Source of the DNA: Octopus vulgaris
Taxonomy: Eukaryota
Length of the DNA stretch: 64,000 nt
Assembly (NCBI GenBank): GCA_951406725.2
Contig: OX597816.1
Location: 180,296,001-180,360,000, forward strand
Reading direction: 5' to 3'
The translations under genes were made by a program, and so were the position numbers. This document shows, one piece after another, positions 1 to 14,805 of this stretch. Each line of letters begins with the position of its first letter. Within the stretch, counting starts at the first letter, position 1. The notes under the pieces are model-generated. The model saw only the letters and a list, made by a program, of their open reading frames with translations, was not told the DNA's origin and searched no databases.

Positions 1-290
1 AACAGTTTCCAGAAAAAATACGTGCGAAGTGGGAATCGTAGTCACTGAGAATTGAATGCAGGGGTTAGTGTTGAGACTGGTGGCTATAATATGAGTGAGG
101 AGAGCAAGGAGGATCAGTGAATTGAGAGATGACTGTGAATGGGACCTGAGACTAGCCAGCTCCAAGGAGCAGGGGACAGACGGCTGTTGGAGCAGCTGGA
201 AAGGCAGAGAGGGAGGAGACAGTACATCTATGGTTCAAAAGGTAGAATTGATGTGTGAGAACAACTTCATGCTAATCAGTCGGGTGTGAT
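1..290 (-). mobile_element. Decayed LINE (CR1/Jockey-group) ORF2 C-terminal remnant
   Basis: Minus strand gives frameshifted pieces LNHRCTVSSL and CSLELASL, resembling the HRRxVSSL...CSSELA segment of such ORF2s. Confidence 0.5.
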
Positions 291-1080
291 ATGCAGGTGA
301 TTAGGTTGGTATTTCTTGTAGGTTGAGCAGTCGTATAAAGTTTCACTCTTTACATTTTAATCGTTCTTCTTTTTTGTTGTGGTGGTTATAGCAAAAGCAG
401 AGTTTGTGGTGGTTGTGATGGTTTATCAATTATTATTGAAACAAAAACCTGTTCAACATTTTCAATAATCTTTGATGTGTGCCTATCATTATTTGCATTT
501 ATTTATATTTTATTATCATTTATTTATTTTCCATGTATAGGTTTTAGTAGGATAGTTGTTCAAATCTAAATGTTAAGAGCTTTAATTTTTTTTTATAACC
601 AAACTGCAGAAATTTTCTAATAGTCTCATTCTCCAAGTTTTGTAAGCAAACATTATATGTAGGTCTATCTTCTCTTTGTCTTTTCCATCCCTATCTTTTC
701 CTCATGATTTGTTGCTCAGAAACAATTCTCTAACTCTTCAAATACATATTTTAAACAAAGTAATATGACTCCTCACTTCTTATCATAAAGCATTCTAATA
801 GGTTGAAGAAAATATCTATCCTCTGCTAGACATGACATTTAATCCAAGCTTTCATGGATAATGGTAATTCATTTGGATGAGATCCTCCTGAAAACCATTA
901 AGTAAGGAAGGAGAAGCAGCAGCAGCTTTTATGTCTTTTCTTGCAACATTTGAAATGCTGGTCATGTGGTCAATACTGCTGAACTTTAATCTTATAGCTT
1001 TAATCTTTATACCTCTTCTTCAGGTACAACTGTTCAAAATGTATGAAGTTAATGGTGTGTGTGTGTGTGTGTGTGTGCAT

Positions 1081-1368
1081 GTGGAAGCATGAACCTGGAG
1101 GTTAGGGCATCATACTCATGATTGCAAGATCGTGGTGTTGATTCCCAAACTAGCAGTGTGTTGTGTTCTTCAACAAAATGCTTCATTTCAAGTTGCCCCA
1201 GTCCACTCAGTTATAAATGGACAACCCTGCCATAGACTGGCATCCCACGCAATCTTTGCTGGCTGAGCCAGTGGGTGGTATCTTAGCAAAGTTACTACAA
1301 TACAAGGAAGTGCATTGTGACCAGCAGTGTATAATGGCATCTGATAGTCTGGTCAGTACAATGATACA
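1081..1368 (+). mobile_element. Degenerate tRNA-derived CORE-type SINE
   Basis: tRNA-like head then tgttgtgttcttcaacaaaatgcttcatttca...ccagtccactcag, homologous to the young copy at 17811. Confidence 0.65.
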
Positions 1369-2444
1369 GATACTCTCTCTCTCTCTCTGTGATAAATTGA
1401 ACTTAAAAGCCTTTTATCGGAGTGACATCATAGCATTAATTGGAACAGAAACTGAACAACAGGTTCTCTGATTCTTTTTAATAACAGAAAAGGAGTAAAA
1501 TGGAAGCCATAGAATCAAACAGAAAGTACAAAAACGAATAGAAATAAAGGAATAGCATAATTTATATCAAAATCTTGTTTTAAGTTTTTCTGTTTTATGG
1601 GAATTTTTGTTATTTTTACTTTTTCTTTACAAAATTGTATTAAATTTTTTTCCCCTTTAAATCTGATTTTATTCTTCCAATCAATTATGTAAATAATACA
1701 TGAAGGATGAAGTTAAACAGTTCAATCAAGGCTTAGTATTCACTCTCTTAGAAATCTCTTTATCGTGACATGCTAATGATATTCATTGTTTAATGCTTAT
1801 TCAATGGAAATTCTTAGAAAACAGACTACAATTGGTCTCCTGAAATTATAAATTTTTAACTTTGATATTTTGCTACTTTTCTGTCAAACAGAGCTCTTGT
1901 CTGAATTTTGGTTTTAAAAAAAAGAATAAGATCAAATAACAGTAATTGAGGCATTTTAAACTGATGAAAACTCAATCAACCAAATACAGACTTAATTCCT
2001 TAAATAGGTACAAATTACAATGTTTCTGTTCTTTATTTCTTCTCATTATATTTGTATCCCTTTTATCAAATTCTTCTGCATGTGCCATGAATAAAAAGAA
2101 CACAGCTAACAATCTGGTTTAAATGCTTTTGCAAAATTCCTGCCTTCCTTCTATTTTTAGGACTGAACCAGCAAATAGAATGATGACATTAAAGTTTCAG
2201 CTTTATATATTTGTTGTTAACAACAACAAAAAAAGGGAAGGGTTGAGGGTTGCTTTGCCACTTCACTAAGCTCCAATATTTGCTGCTCCTGTTTCTCACC
2301 AGTCAGTCTTTCACAACATGCCCATATTAGCTCTGCTTTGTTGCTTATGAGAAACAGCAGTTAATGCTGTTAGGTTTTCTGACACTCTCATGTCATTATC
2401 ACTATCATTTTGTAACTATTTTTATGTCTTATGATGACTATTAT

Positions 2445-3051
2445 TATTTGCTAGAGCACAGGACAAAATGTCTTGTATTTAGTTACATCTCTTTGTATTA
2501 TGAGTTCAAATCTCACTGGGTTTGACTTAACCTTTCATCTACCCAGAGTTTGTAAAATTTATGTCTTTGGGCTTATATTAGAAGAAATTATTATTAATAC
2601 TATAAAGATGGTGAGCTAGAAGAATGGTTAACATTCCAGGCAAAATACATATCAGTATTTCATGTCTTTCCATTCTGAGTTCAAATTCTTCCTAGGTTGA
2701 TTTTGCCTTTCATCCTTTCAGGGTCAATAAAATAAATAACAGTTGAATACTGGTGCCCAAAACTGCTGGCCTTGTGCCAAAATTTGAAACCATTAATAAT
2801 GTTGTTGTTGTTAGCAGCATCACCATCATTATTAGGGGTGGCAAGCTGGTAGGGTTGTTAAAGCATGTGAAGAAATGCTTTATGGTATTTTTTATGGCTT
2901 CTTACTTTCCGAGTTCAAATACTGCTGAGATCAACTTGGCCTTCCATTTCTTCAGAGTCATTAAAATACAGCACCAGTCAAGTTCTAAGGTTGACAATAT
3001 AAATGACTCACCTTCCTTCAATATTGCAGGCCTTGTGACTATCTAGGAAAT

Positions 3052-3052
<1 letters not shown>
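2445..3052 (+). mobile_element. Cluster of three degenerate SINE family B copies
   Basis: Repeated motif ctgagttcaaat...gttgactttgcctttcatcc...ggtcaataaaataa, each followed by an (ATT)/(AAT) tail. Confidence 0.7.
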
Positions 3053-3084
<32 letters not shown>

Positions 3085-3088
3085 TATA

Positions 3089-3126
<38 letters not shown>
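3053..3126. repeat. (AAT)n/(ATT)n inverted microsatellite
   Basis: An AAT run switches to an ATT run, so the tract is self-complementary. Confidence 0.9.
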
Positions 3127-3127
<1 letters not shown>

Positions 3128-3480
3128 TCTGCCTTAGCAAAGGTGGAGGTATTGTTTCCAGTTGTGTTTGGTTGTCTGTGGACAAGATATCTCAAGAACT
3201 CTGGATAGATTTGGATGAAACTTTCAGGGATGTTTGGCCTCATGACTTGCATGAACTGATTAGATTTGGGGATCAATCCAGTACTGGACAAGGATTCTGG
3301 ATTATTTTTCCTGTTTTTTTAATTTATTTTTGAGAGCAGTTGGGTTCGTTTTTAGTATTCTTGTTTGTGAGAGCAGTCAGGTTAATTTCAGATATTCTCA
3401 TTTTAAAAATCATCTCCAGCTAATTATTGAGAGGATGTTGGTGTTGCTTTGGTGGGGGTTTGTGCTGAGTGCTCTTGTTG
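3121..3480 (+). mobile_element. Non-autonomous Helentron-associated (HINE/DINE-like) element
   Basis: 5' tattacctctgcc-ttagcaaa-ggtggaggta hairpin, gtttggttgtctgt microsatellite, gatttggatgaaactt motif, 3' ttggtgggggtttg subTIR plus gctgagtgctcttgtt end. Confidence 0.65.
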
Positions 3481-4156
3481 TTGTTGTTGGTGGTGGTGGT
3501 GGTGTAGTAGTAGTAGTAACTTCTGGCTTTACATTCTGACTTACAAAGTTAATGGTTTTGACTTAGCATTTTGTTCTTTCAGAGCCAATAAAATAAGTAC
3601 TACCTGTTGAGCATTGGGATCGATGTTATCAACCACTCTCTCCTTAAAATTTCAGGCCTTGTGCCTGTAATAATAATAATAATAATAATTAGTAGTAGCA
3701 GTGTTTGTCAGCAAGTTTTACTGAATAAGAATTATAACTTTTTGGATTCTTTTACAAATGAGGGATGCCAGAATATTAGCATTTCTATTATTGTCCTGAA
3801 AGTAGACAGAAAATCTGCTCTAAGCATATCTTTGATTTCTTTTTTCTTTTTTTTTCCCTAGAATTTGATTGTGTTCACAATAATTTTCAAGATGGCTTCC
3901 TCTGTCAGAGGAGTAGGAAGAGCTTGTAACAAGAAAAGGGAGTTGTACTGAATACACTCCTTTGAAAGAAAATATTCATGTGATCTCCAAACACATAGAA
4001 ACAAGTTAAAAAAAGATGAATAGAATTCAAAGCATGAAGATAGGTAAAAATTACAATAATACAGATACACTCTTATATATAGTCACGCTCTAATGTTGGA
4101 AAATGCAAATTTATATATAAATAAAAGTAACAACAACAATAACATGTAGACACACC

Positions 4157-4233
<77 letters not shown>

Positions 4234-4389
4234 ATGGAGAAAACAAAAAAATTATCACAATTATAGCTTTGATCATGCTGTTAGTAACAGATAGGTTTTA
4301 GACATGGGTTATCTAGTTCAGAAGAAATTTACTTGTCAGAGTTTTGTAAATATGAATGGCCCTTTATCAGAGCCTTACCTTCAAGAGCA

Positions 4390-5100
4390 AAAAAGGATGA
4401 ATGTTAACTAGTTTTGCATCACCAAAATGGGAACAGGTCTCTTCATGCCCTCAAAAGAATAATTAGAGGTAGCTCTAGCAAATGTATGGTGTGATATTTC
4501 CCCTATTGATCAAGGAAAGGGACATAGAATCTTATGTCTAGCTTTTAAAAATGAGGATAGGGCAAAGATGCAGGCTGGGCTGGTATACCACTCACTTCCC
4601 ATATGGTAGTACCACAAGGATATTGGCAATGCATTGACTTTTGGCCTGTCATCATCAAGGACAGATAATGAGTACTGAAAATGACATCAAGGACATAGCA
4701 TTGGATGTTAGGGTCTCCATGAACATACAAGCCTTAAGGCTGTACCACATCTAAAGTGCTGGAGGAAAGGCTATGAAACTGGTGGTACAAGCCGGATGGG
4801 CTTGTTGATAGACATGTGGTGGTAATAGCCATCTCAGAACTTGCCGTCCAAAAGTTCTTGGGAAGTTGAGAAGGGGAAAGCAACAGAGAAAGCAGTAACA
4901 ATGCCTGTTCTTATTTCAACAATATTGCTAATCACCTCACCAGTTGTAGCTCCAAGAATGGCTGCAAGATTTGCCTGGTCCTCCATCACAAAAATGGACA
5001 ATCAAGAATCAGATGACCAGGAAATTAAGGTAGTTCCTTTCAGCGACACTACATCATCATCTTGTGATGAAGGGGAGAAAACAAATAAGGCAAGTAGCTA
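4390..5100 (-). mobile_element. Possible highly decayed LINE endonuclease-region remnant
   Basis: ORF 4545-4730 VHGDPN...LDVIF...STHYLSL loosely recalls the APE motifs GDFN/LDL/SDH; higher GC than the flanks. Confidence 0.3.
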
Positions 5101-7149
5101 ACTATCAGAGATGGTTAAAAATGCAAACAAAGTAAAATGGAGAAGGTGAGCAAAATACGTAAAACTTGACTCTTTGTCAGTGTTGCTGGTTATACATAGG
5201 AGGAGTTACATTTATGCAGTAACATGCTACTTGTGAGAATTATCTTTGATAACTACACAGATCTGTATTTAAATTACAATGAAGATGATGGAAATCTTTT
5301 CTTGCACAATCCAATACTTGAACTGCTCACAGATACTTTGGGGACAACAAGAGATCTTTAGAGTTTGCATGAAGTTCAGGGGGAAGCTGAAAGGGATCAG
5401 AGTTGTGGGAACCTGTGAGCTGACCTAAAATCTGTATGTTTTCCTTTGTGTCTGTGCTTCTATGTACTTATTTAATTATATTGTATAATTTAAAAAGGGA
5501 AAAAATATTCATACTATAAACAAAACACACCAGCCTTGTTTTGGATTATTTGTAATGGAAATGAATACAAACACATTAATTCATTCTAAAGAGATGCTGA
5601 AAATGGATTCAGAATTTTTGCATCCAAGCAATTTGGAATGCTGAAGTTGAACTTGATGTTTTACACTTAATTAACTCTCCTAGAAAAAGATCAAAGATGA
5701 TAAAATATATTTCATTTACAACTTCATTTATTAGGGCTAGTAAAGCTCTTCTTTGAATCCATTCATGATCTTTGAAGTAGAGATGGCCATTTAGGGATAC
5801 CTTTGCCTCCAGCTCATTTCATCTTAAGCTTGACTCCTGCACTGTCGTAGTCAGCTGGTAACTGACCATTGCTAAAATTTCTCCTTTAAAAAAAATGATA
5901 AAGTAACAGAGAGTGTCACATAGCCTATGACCCTATGCAAAACAACATCCGTTTCCAATTGCAAAACTGTGGCCTTCAGCCTTGAACCTACAGTTTTAGA
6001 TATTAAGATGTCTTTACCCCTCCCCTTGTTTTTATATAACCTTGTTTTGTTTGTCTCTATAGTTTGTAGCACCTTAGTATGCATATTTATTGAATAAATG
6101 AATGAATATTGATGGTAATAATAAATGCAAGATTATTATTGTTAATATTATTGTTATTATTCCTTCATGCGAATTCAATAAAAAGTACGCCTGCCAGCAA
6201 TCTCATTTGTGTGTTTGATAGCTGCCTTCCCTGTAAGAGTTGGGCAGTTAATGAGAGAGGGGGGGAGAGAGAGAGAGAGAGAGAAAGAAAGAGAGCGATG
6301 AATATTGATAGCTGGTTAGTATGTTGGCAATTGGTTGGAGAGATGTCAGGATGTGGAAGGCTGCAGGCTGGAGGTGTGCAATTTCAGGAAATCATTTGAT
6401 TCCTACAGGAAATTCAAGAAAATTGGCACATTCAGTTTAATGCTGTTTGAGTTGTTGCTTATTATTTTTATTATTATTATTAGTAGTAGTAGTGGTAGTG
6501 GTGGTGGTGGTGGTGGTGGTGGTAATAGTTATTGTTGTTTAGCTGCATGTTGGCCCTAATTAAGCAGACAAGCAATCACATGCATTCCAGGGATAATCAT
6601 CTAGGTCTTTTAAAAAAAATTTTTTATTGACATTGTGTACCTCAGACTTTGTTATTCACTGTCCTTCCTTTTTTGTAAGAAATACAGTGTGATTTGAGGA
6701 AGACTTGACTGCTATGTCTAACAAGTAGAGCAATCGCCTAGATACTTCCTTAGATGATGGTGGTGGTGGTATTTGGTTGTTTGAACCAAACTTTTAAGAT
6801 TCTGAGTTTGATCAGTGGAGAAAGAGAAAGGGAGAAAGAGAAGCTTTGGTGTTGAGAATGAGATGCTGGTTCCCTCTCCTAAGGTTGTTACAGTTTTCAC
6901 CATGTGCATGTGTGTCTCTGTACACATGTGTCAGTGTGTTTACATTTCCATTTGCATTTATAAAAGTTGTGATGGCCAAGCAATATTGTTGTCATCACTT
7001 CTGTCGATAAATCGCCCACTTGCAATATGATATCCCTTATAGGTAAGGGTTTAGCATCAGGAAATGCATTTGGCTGTAAAACAAAGCCTTGATAAGATAT
7101 CATCTAACTGATGCCAGCGTGTGAAAATGAATGAATAAATGAATACATA

Positions 7150-7500
7150 TATATACCTTTTATTTGTTTCAGTCTTTGGGCTGTGGTCATGAAAGCGTAT
7201 TAGTACAATTGGCCTCAGTGCTTATTTCTAAGTTCAATACTAATTCTATTAGACTATTGGTCTACTTTGCCAAATCACTAAGATAAAGTGATGTAAACAA
7301 ACTAGTACCAATTGTCAATCAGTGGTGGGGACAAACACAAATATTCACACACGCAAGAAACTCACACATACACATACATATGATAGACTTCCACACAGTT
7401 TCCATTTACCAAATTCACATGCAAGACATTGGTCAGCCTGGAGTTATAGTCAAAGACACTTACCCAAGATATTGTGATGTGGGACTGAACCTGGAATCAC
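7150..7500 (-). mobile_element. Degenerate SINE family A copy
   Basis: Reverse complement of the family A head (gggactgaacctggaa) and tail (ttgtttcagtc). Confidence 0.7.
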
Positions 7501-10436
7501 ATTTATTTGCAAATGTACAGTTTGGTAAATGGTTTTGGCCCTTGAGTCACTCTGTAACTTCTACTGATTACTATAAAATGCATATGCATGTGTGTGCTTC
7601 TTCCAAGTTGCAGGCAGTTGTCCTTCTCTCCATTCCTTTTATTCTCAAGGCAGTGAGTATCTTCTACACAAATGTTAAAAGGAAACACCAATATAGTTAA
7701 CCTTAACTAGAAATATCCAAGATTGCATCTCTACGTTGTACATTGTTAGACCAGGTCCTTGTATTTTGTGACTTTTCTCTTTAGGGTCTTCTTACATCTA
7801 TCTTTTCTTCTGACCATCTGTTCAGTTAGAATGATCCCCTTCACCTTTTTGAACCTTATGGTCATGTCCAGGATCTTTGACCAACTTGAGGAGTCCTTAG
7901 CAGACTCACCATCATCTCCTATAATTTAGCTGTTTTCAAGAGGCTCTTTGGTCTATCAAGAAGAGAGAGGCTTTGGTGAACTGGATAAACTGGGTTGTCT
8001 TACATATATTTGGTACTTTTTCCTTTCTCACACTCTAAGATGCCAACCAAGTGTTCACATCTGGAATGCCTTCATTCAGAGATCTGTTTGATCAGAGGTG
8101 AACCAGAACTGAACTACCTTATGACTTTGCAGCCATCTCGTGTAGAATATTTGTCTAGATATTTGATGTCATACTATTCAGAATTGTATTTTAAATCTGC
8201 AACAAATTTATTCTTTTTTTGATCAGTATAGTTTTGTGGAGTTTCCTAATGAACCAAAACCATACTAATTATATAGAACTCATAAGAGGTTTTCATATTG
8301 TCATCCTCCCTTTCTTGCTAGATTGGAAGTATCTTTTCAAGAAGTTTAATATACCACTCAATCATTCCTGCCCAAAAGCTAGATAGGTGATAATTTCAAA
8401 CAATAATTGAATTGATTAGATTCTTATAAAACTTAATTAACTAAGCAGATATAGATTCTTCTTGTAATATCTAACTGAATGTGTTATGAATCTGGCAGAA
8501 AGCTATCTCACGGTGGCCACAGTGGAAATAGGCAAACTAATCTCCTCAAGTTGCTTGAATATATTCTATAGTGCTGTTGTAAGAGTGGCACAAGCCTGCT
8601 TTTGTCTGTGGTTGGCACACCCTTATTTGGTTCAAATTTTCTAGATTGTTTGCTAAAATTAGAGCTAAATGGAAGTTAAGGTTCAAATGACAAAATTAAT
8701 TGGTATTTGGTGCACTATAAAAAAAAAAAGTTATCATTTGGCATAGCTGTTGAGTAGACAGTTTATTCTCTAAATATTTCATGGACAACAGTTGGATGTC
8801 TGTTTGGTTGTTCTTTCTAACAAACACCCTTCTGTGTGCCTCTTGTTATCAGTGGACGTTAAATTGTCGGAATAAGCATGTTTATATATCGTTTATATCA
8901 TTTTAATGTTTTTATGTTTAGAGAAATTATGTCCTTTTGTCATTGAAACACAAATTACTTTTAGTTTGAGATAAATCTCTACAACATTTAAACACACTCA
9001 TATGGAACATTAAATTTCTAATGTTTATAGCTGTACTCTCATCTACCTATTAATTCCATTAATTACTCTGAACAATTAAACATTTCTGTTTTGATAAATA
9101 TCCTGTCACTTTGAGAATAGAGTCTGAGAACTTAGCTCTTGTAATTTGTCTTAGACTTCATTATTTTCATTCTCAACTTCCTCTGCTTTTATATGGTGGG
9201 CAGCCTTAATCACAGGTTTGTCAGAGAAAGTATAATATAACTGCCTCTATTTTATTACTTGTGAGAAATTTTCATATCTTTTACTCATAAATCACTTCAG
9301 TTTCCTTTACTAATTACAAATGTGACACTTTAAAGCATAGGTACATCTTTATTCTCTACATCAGAGCATTGCATAAGTTATTAACTCTTTTTGAAGCTCC
9401 ATGAAGTGTCAACTAGTGCAAACAAAGCAGGATGTTGGTGTAACAGCAGCTATCATCCTTTGTGTGCCTAATTTCTCTATGGAAACAAAACTATGAATGT
9501 GCTTCACTATTTCATTGAGAATCACAGAGTTATTTCAGGTCTGTCCTAGTTTAACAATATGTAAATATATATAAAGTTATATGTCTAAACAAATGAGTCT
9601 CCATTAAGGCTTTTTCAGCAGCTTGAAACAAGAATCAGACCAACCAGTTTTATTGTCAACAACTCATCAGCATTTGGTTACTCGTTCTTTGCAAGATACT
9701 GAGAGATAGCAGCAGAAGACTACTTATTAGAATGAAAACAAGTGGGTACCTAGGCACACCTCATATAATGGTTAAGAATTATTACCCAACATTAATTACT
9801 AAAATACTTGGTGTACACAATTGAAACACCAGTAAAATAGCTATCTACTTTTCAATGGCATATGTATGTTAATTACTAAAATGCCAGAATAGAATGAATT
9901 TAGCAGGATTGTGAAATAATGGTTGAAGTTATAAAGTCTCATACTTGGCTCACATTCCTAAGTTTTGGGAATTGACCCTTCTGTCATCTGTGAAAAATGC
10001 TCCTGCTCTTTCTTTTCCTCTACAATCTGAACTCAAACAGTTTATGATCCTCTGAAATAGCAAACTGTGTACTATAACTACCCTAAAACCTTGGTATATC
10101 TGCTGATTAGTTCATTATCCTTAATGAACCTCACTACATAAACTTATTCCGAACAATTAGCTCTAAGCTTCCTTCTCAGACTGCAATCACCTAGAACCCC
10201 TGCTTAACTTGTTTTAAATATTGACTTCACCAATCTAGAAGTGCATGGAACGGTTATAGCAAACTGATTTACTTCTTCAGGCTGAAAAATAAACAGTGAA
10301 GAGCTACATTTTGGGATATTGGCCTTTACTTCTCTGCTTAAGGTTGTTTTGGGTTTTTTTAACTCTAGTAAGAGAATTGAGTAAAGATGTGAAGACTAAA
10401 GAACTTCTTTATCTCCAAACAAAAAGTATAATAATG

Positions 10437-10845
10437 TGTGGCAATAAGCATTCTTGTCAGTCACATGGTTCTGGGTTCAGTCCCACTGTGTGACATGTTG
10501 GGCAAGTGTCTTCTACTATAGCCTTGAGCTTACTAAAGACTTGTGAGTGGATTCGGTGGATGAAAACTGAAAGAGGCCTCTTGTATATATATGCACAATA
10601 TATATGTCTGTACGTGTGCGTGTATGTGTGTGTGCATATGAGTGTGTGTGTATATATATGTGTGTGTGTGTTTGTCCCCCACCACCTCTTGACAGCTGGT
10701 GTGTTCATGTTCCTGAGACCAATAAAATAAGTACTAGGCTTTAAAAAATAAGTCCTAGGCTCAGTTTGTTCATCTAAAACCCTTCATGTTGGTACCCCAT
10801 CATGGTCGCAGTCAAATAGCTAAAACATATAAAAGATAAAAGATG
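10437..10845 (+). mobile_element. SINE family A copy
   Basis: cacatggttctgggttcagtcccactg...gggcaagtgtcttctactatagcc, TA/TG linker, tail. Confidence 0.8.
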
Positions 10846-11027
10846 AAAGAAGATACTCTTGATTCTCGAAAGAAGGGCACTGATCGTGACAGTATAATTA
10901 ACTTCTCACAACACACTAACATTATCCAGTTTCTTAAAATATTATTGAACCAGTTTTTATCAAACCAAGCACTCACAGACTTCCTTGGTTTGTATCATTA
11001 CACTCAGAAATCTTTTCTTTTCTTCTA

Positions 11028-11368
11028 CATGGTTCCGGGTTCAGTCCCACTGCATGGCACCTTGAGCATGTGTCTTCTACTATAGCATTGCGCCAACCAA
11101 AGCCTTGTGATTGGATTTGGTAGATGGAAACTGAAAGCAGCCCATCGTATATATATGTGTATGTGTGTGTTTCTGTGTCTGTGTTTGTCCCCCCCCCCCA
11201 CCATTGCTTGACAACCGATGCTGTTACATTTACGTCCCTGTAACTTAGCAGTTTGGCAAAAGAGACTGATAGAATAAGTACTGGGCTTACATAGAATAAG
11301 TCCTGGGGTTGATTTGTTTGATTAAAAGTGGTGCTCCAGCATGACCACAGTCAAATGACTGAAACAAA
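11028..11368 (+). mobile_element. SINE family A copy (5' truncated)
   Basis: Same head, linker and tail as 12323-12734. Confidence 0.85.
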
Positions 11369-12322
11369 AAAATATATTCAATATTATATTTTACCATCTA
11401 GCAACAAACACAAAGCAATTTAAACTGGACCTTAACCACATTAATCTAATCCAGCCTTCTATCCCATTTCTAGACCTAATGATATTTAAGAAGGTTCTTG
11501 GCTTTCCACTTTTAAAAGTAACTCATAGAAATGTATTTCTTCTCTGCTCCATTCTTCTATCAATGTCTCTCACTGTGTCTACACATGTTCTCTACATATC
11601 TCTTTACATGATACACACCATATTATCACTAGTCATGGCAAACCATTCCTTAGTTTGTGATATTCGTTAAATTTTTTGCTCTACACCTGATAAAAATCTA
11701 TTTAGCAGTGAACTGCAATTGACCTTATAGCATAATTATGCCACTGATGTATTTTCTAGCAATAGTAAGCTGATAAATAGTCTTAGATATCAGAGACCCC
11801 ATAAATCCACAATCCATTATATTGCTGAACAATTTGGTACAGCAATTTATCTCATTGCTGAAAAACAGTTACAATTTGCAAGTTATTCTTGACATGCATT
11901 TTCGATAAATAAACTTCAGCTTTTAACACATCTGTTTGAAGAAAACTGATTATATTTCATTACTCTATTTTTTTCTTTCTCCTTTCTGTTTTGGTATTGT
12001 AAAGGTGCTGTTGTTAGTTAATCCCAGATCACCTCTGATCCAGCAAACTTATAATAAAAAAAATGTTCCAGCTGTGATCAACCTATCTTTCATTCAAATA
12101 TAACATATTGCGTATCTAGGATGGGGGACGGTCTGATTAATCTGTCAGCCTTTTTTTTTTTCTGTTAAAAGCAACTGGTTGATTCCTTATGAAGTCTTGT
12201 TTTAAACTTTAAATACAATGTAAGTGCAGAGATAATTTAACTCTCGGAAGATGAATGAATGGCTGGGCTATGACTAATGTCTACGGGAAATAACTAAGCA
12301 AAAAATAGACTACATCTTGAAT

Positions 12323-12734
12323 AGGCGCAGGAGTAGCTGTGTGGTAAGGAGCTTGCTTACCAACCACATGGTTCCGGGTTCAGTCCCACTGCATGGCATT
12401 TTGGGCAAGTGTCTTCTACTATAGCCTCGGGCCAACCAAAGCCTTGTGAGTGGATTTGGTAGACGGAAACTGAAAAAAGCCCATCGTATATATGTATATA
12501 TATATATGTGTGCGTGTATGTTTGTGTGTCTGTGTTTGTCCCCCTAGAATTGCTTGACAACCGATGCTGGTGTATTTATATCCCCGTCACTTAGCGGTTC
12601 AGCAAAAGAGGCCGATAGAATAAGTACTAGGCTTACAAAGAATAAGTCCCGGGGTCGAGTTGCTCGACTAAAGGCAGTGCTCCAGCATGGCTGCAGTCAA
12701 CTGACTGAAACAAGTAAAAGAGAGAGTAAGAGTA
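12323..12734 (+). mobile_element. Young full-length SINE family A (tRNA-derived, bipartite, central TA/TG microsatellite)
   Basis: aggcgcaggagtagctgtgtggtaag (A box-like), gggttcagtccc (B box-like), CpGs retained, ends gactgaaacaagtaaaagagag. Confidence 0.9.
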
Positions 12735-13224
12735 TACACATGTATAGAATATGTGCATGTATTTATTTTATGGTAAGCTTCCAGGACATCTCAATATTTC
12801 TGCAACTACTCAAGACAAGTTCCAATGCAGCCTTACAATAAATAGCAATCACCCATGAGGAACTGAATATAAATTGACGGAACATGTTAGAGAAATGCAA
12901 ATATTCATTTATATCCAACCTAACAAATACAACTTATGTTACTTAGGTAGTGAAGATATCTCTAGAGTGCTCTACTAAGAAAGGAGAGTGAGTACTCAAC
13001 AGCTAATTAGAAATTCGCTAGGAGCCATGATCACTGTCTTTGTGAAATCAATGTATGAAAAGAAAGAATCTTAATATAGTCTTATAAAGAAAATATATTC
13101 ATATATTTACTGTACAGTCTCTTTCCAGCGTATATAAATGTTTCTTCAACTGTTTACTTTTTTAGCTGCCATAAAAGGAGTTAGGTACCTATGAACCCTC
13201 ATTTCATACACACACACACACATG

Positions 13225-13591
13225 GGGCAGCCTTCCACCATACCACCCCAGTCAAACCATCCAACCCATGCCAGCATGAACAACAGACGTTAAATGATGA
13301 TGATGATGATGATGATACACACACACACACACACATATATATGTATAAGAAGATGCTATTTTTGAAAAGTGAAATCATAGTCATAGCAGATACTGGTGTC
13401 ACACAACTGACACCTGTGCCAGTGGCATGAAAAAGCATACATTACACTCTCGGGGTGGTTGGCATTAGGAAAGGCATCCAGCCACAGAAATCATGCCAAA
13501 TTAGACTGGAGTCTAGTGCAGCCCCTAAGCTTACCAGCCCTGGTCAAACTGTCCAACCTATGCCAGTATGAACAGCAGACATTAAATGATG

Positions 13592-13648
<57 letters not shown>

Positions 13649-13923
13649 CTGTTGCCAGCCTCGCCTGGCCCCCGTGCCGGTGGCACGTAAAAAGCACCAT
13701 CCATCCATGGCCGTTTGCCAGCTCCGTCTGGCACCTGTGCGGGTGGCACGTAAAAAGCACCCACTACACTCACGGAGTGGTTGGCGTTAGGAAGGGCATC
13801 CAGCCATAGAAACACTGCCAGATCAGACTGGGCCTGATGCAGCCTTCTGGCTTCACAGACCCCAGTTGAACCGTCCAACCCATGCTAGCATGGAAAGCGG
13901 ACGTTAAATGATGATGATGATGA
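13225..13923 (+). mobile_element. Three tandem 5'-truncated RTE-type LINE 3' ends
   Basis: Each ends ccaacccatgc.agcatg.a..cggacgttaaatgatgat(n); same tail as the RT-bearing copy at 35626-37120. Confidence 0.85.
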
Positions 13924-14379
13924 TATATATATATATGTTTGTATGTATGTATGTATGCATGCTTTTCTTTCAACAGTATTTCAAATAATTTTCTTCTAGA
14001 TTTTATATCTTGTAAAAATTGGATCTGCCATCTTCAGTGTAGAAACATCAAAAGACATTATTTTCAAAGGAATGAAAACAAAATAAACACAAGTTTAAAA
14101 AGCAAGAAGTATTTTGTGGTAGAATGTAGACATTGTGTTTCATAGTTTCTAGGTTTTTGCATACCTGTCCTTACCTAGTCTATTTGTAAAATCTTAACCT
14201 AATTAACACCACCACACCACTAGCAATTTGGAAAATCTTAAACTAATTAACACTCCTATGCCACTGATTTAATTAGCTTTTTTTTTTAATTAGACTAATA
14301 ATATTCAGCACACCAAATTAAAAAACATGTTGCTGTGAGAAAACTGAATGCAAAACCTTCACTTTACCACTATAGAAAC

Positions 14380-14419
<40 letters not shown>

Positions 14420-14604
14420 GAGTCTATCTGCACACATCAGTATGTTGAATGTCTTGTGTGTGTATGTCTCATATCTGTTCTGTGTACTGAATGTCTTTTG
14501 TGTGTTATTTTATTAATTAGTTAGACTGGTATGACGACTGTGGTTTTGTTCTATTTTAATTTGTTGTTTGTTGTTAGTGTAGTAAAATGTGAGCACATGG
14601 TGGG

Positions 14605-14758
14605 TGAAAAACCATGTGGTTGAGAAGCTTGCTTTCTAACCATGTGGTCTAGGGTTCAATCCAGCTGTGTGACACCCTAGGCAAGTGTCTTCCAAAACCC
14701 CCAAGCTAACCAAAGCCATGTGGATGGATTTGGTAGATGGAAACAGAAATATGCCCAT

Positions 14759-14805
<47 letters not shown>

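Noticed and set aside
1961-1990. CTGATGA boxes here and at 47439, 50609 and 62514(-)
   Set aside because: No accompanying stem II plus GAAA plus NUH plus stem I
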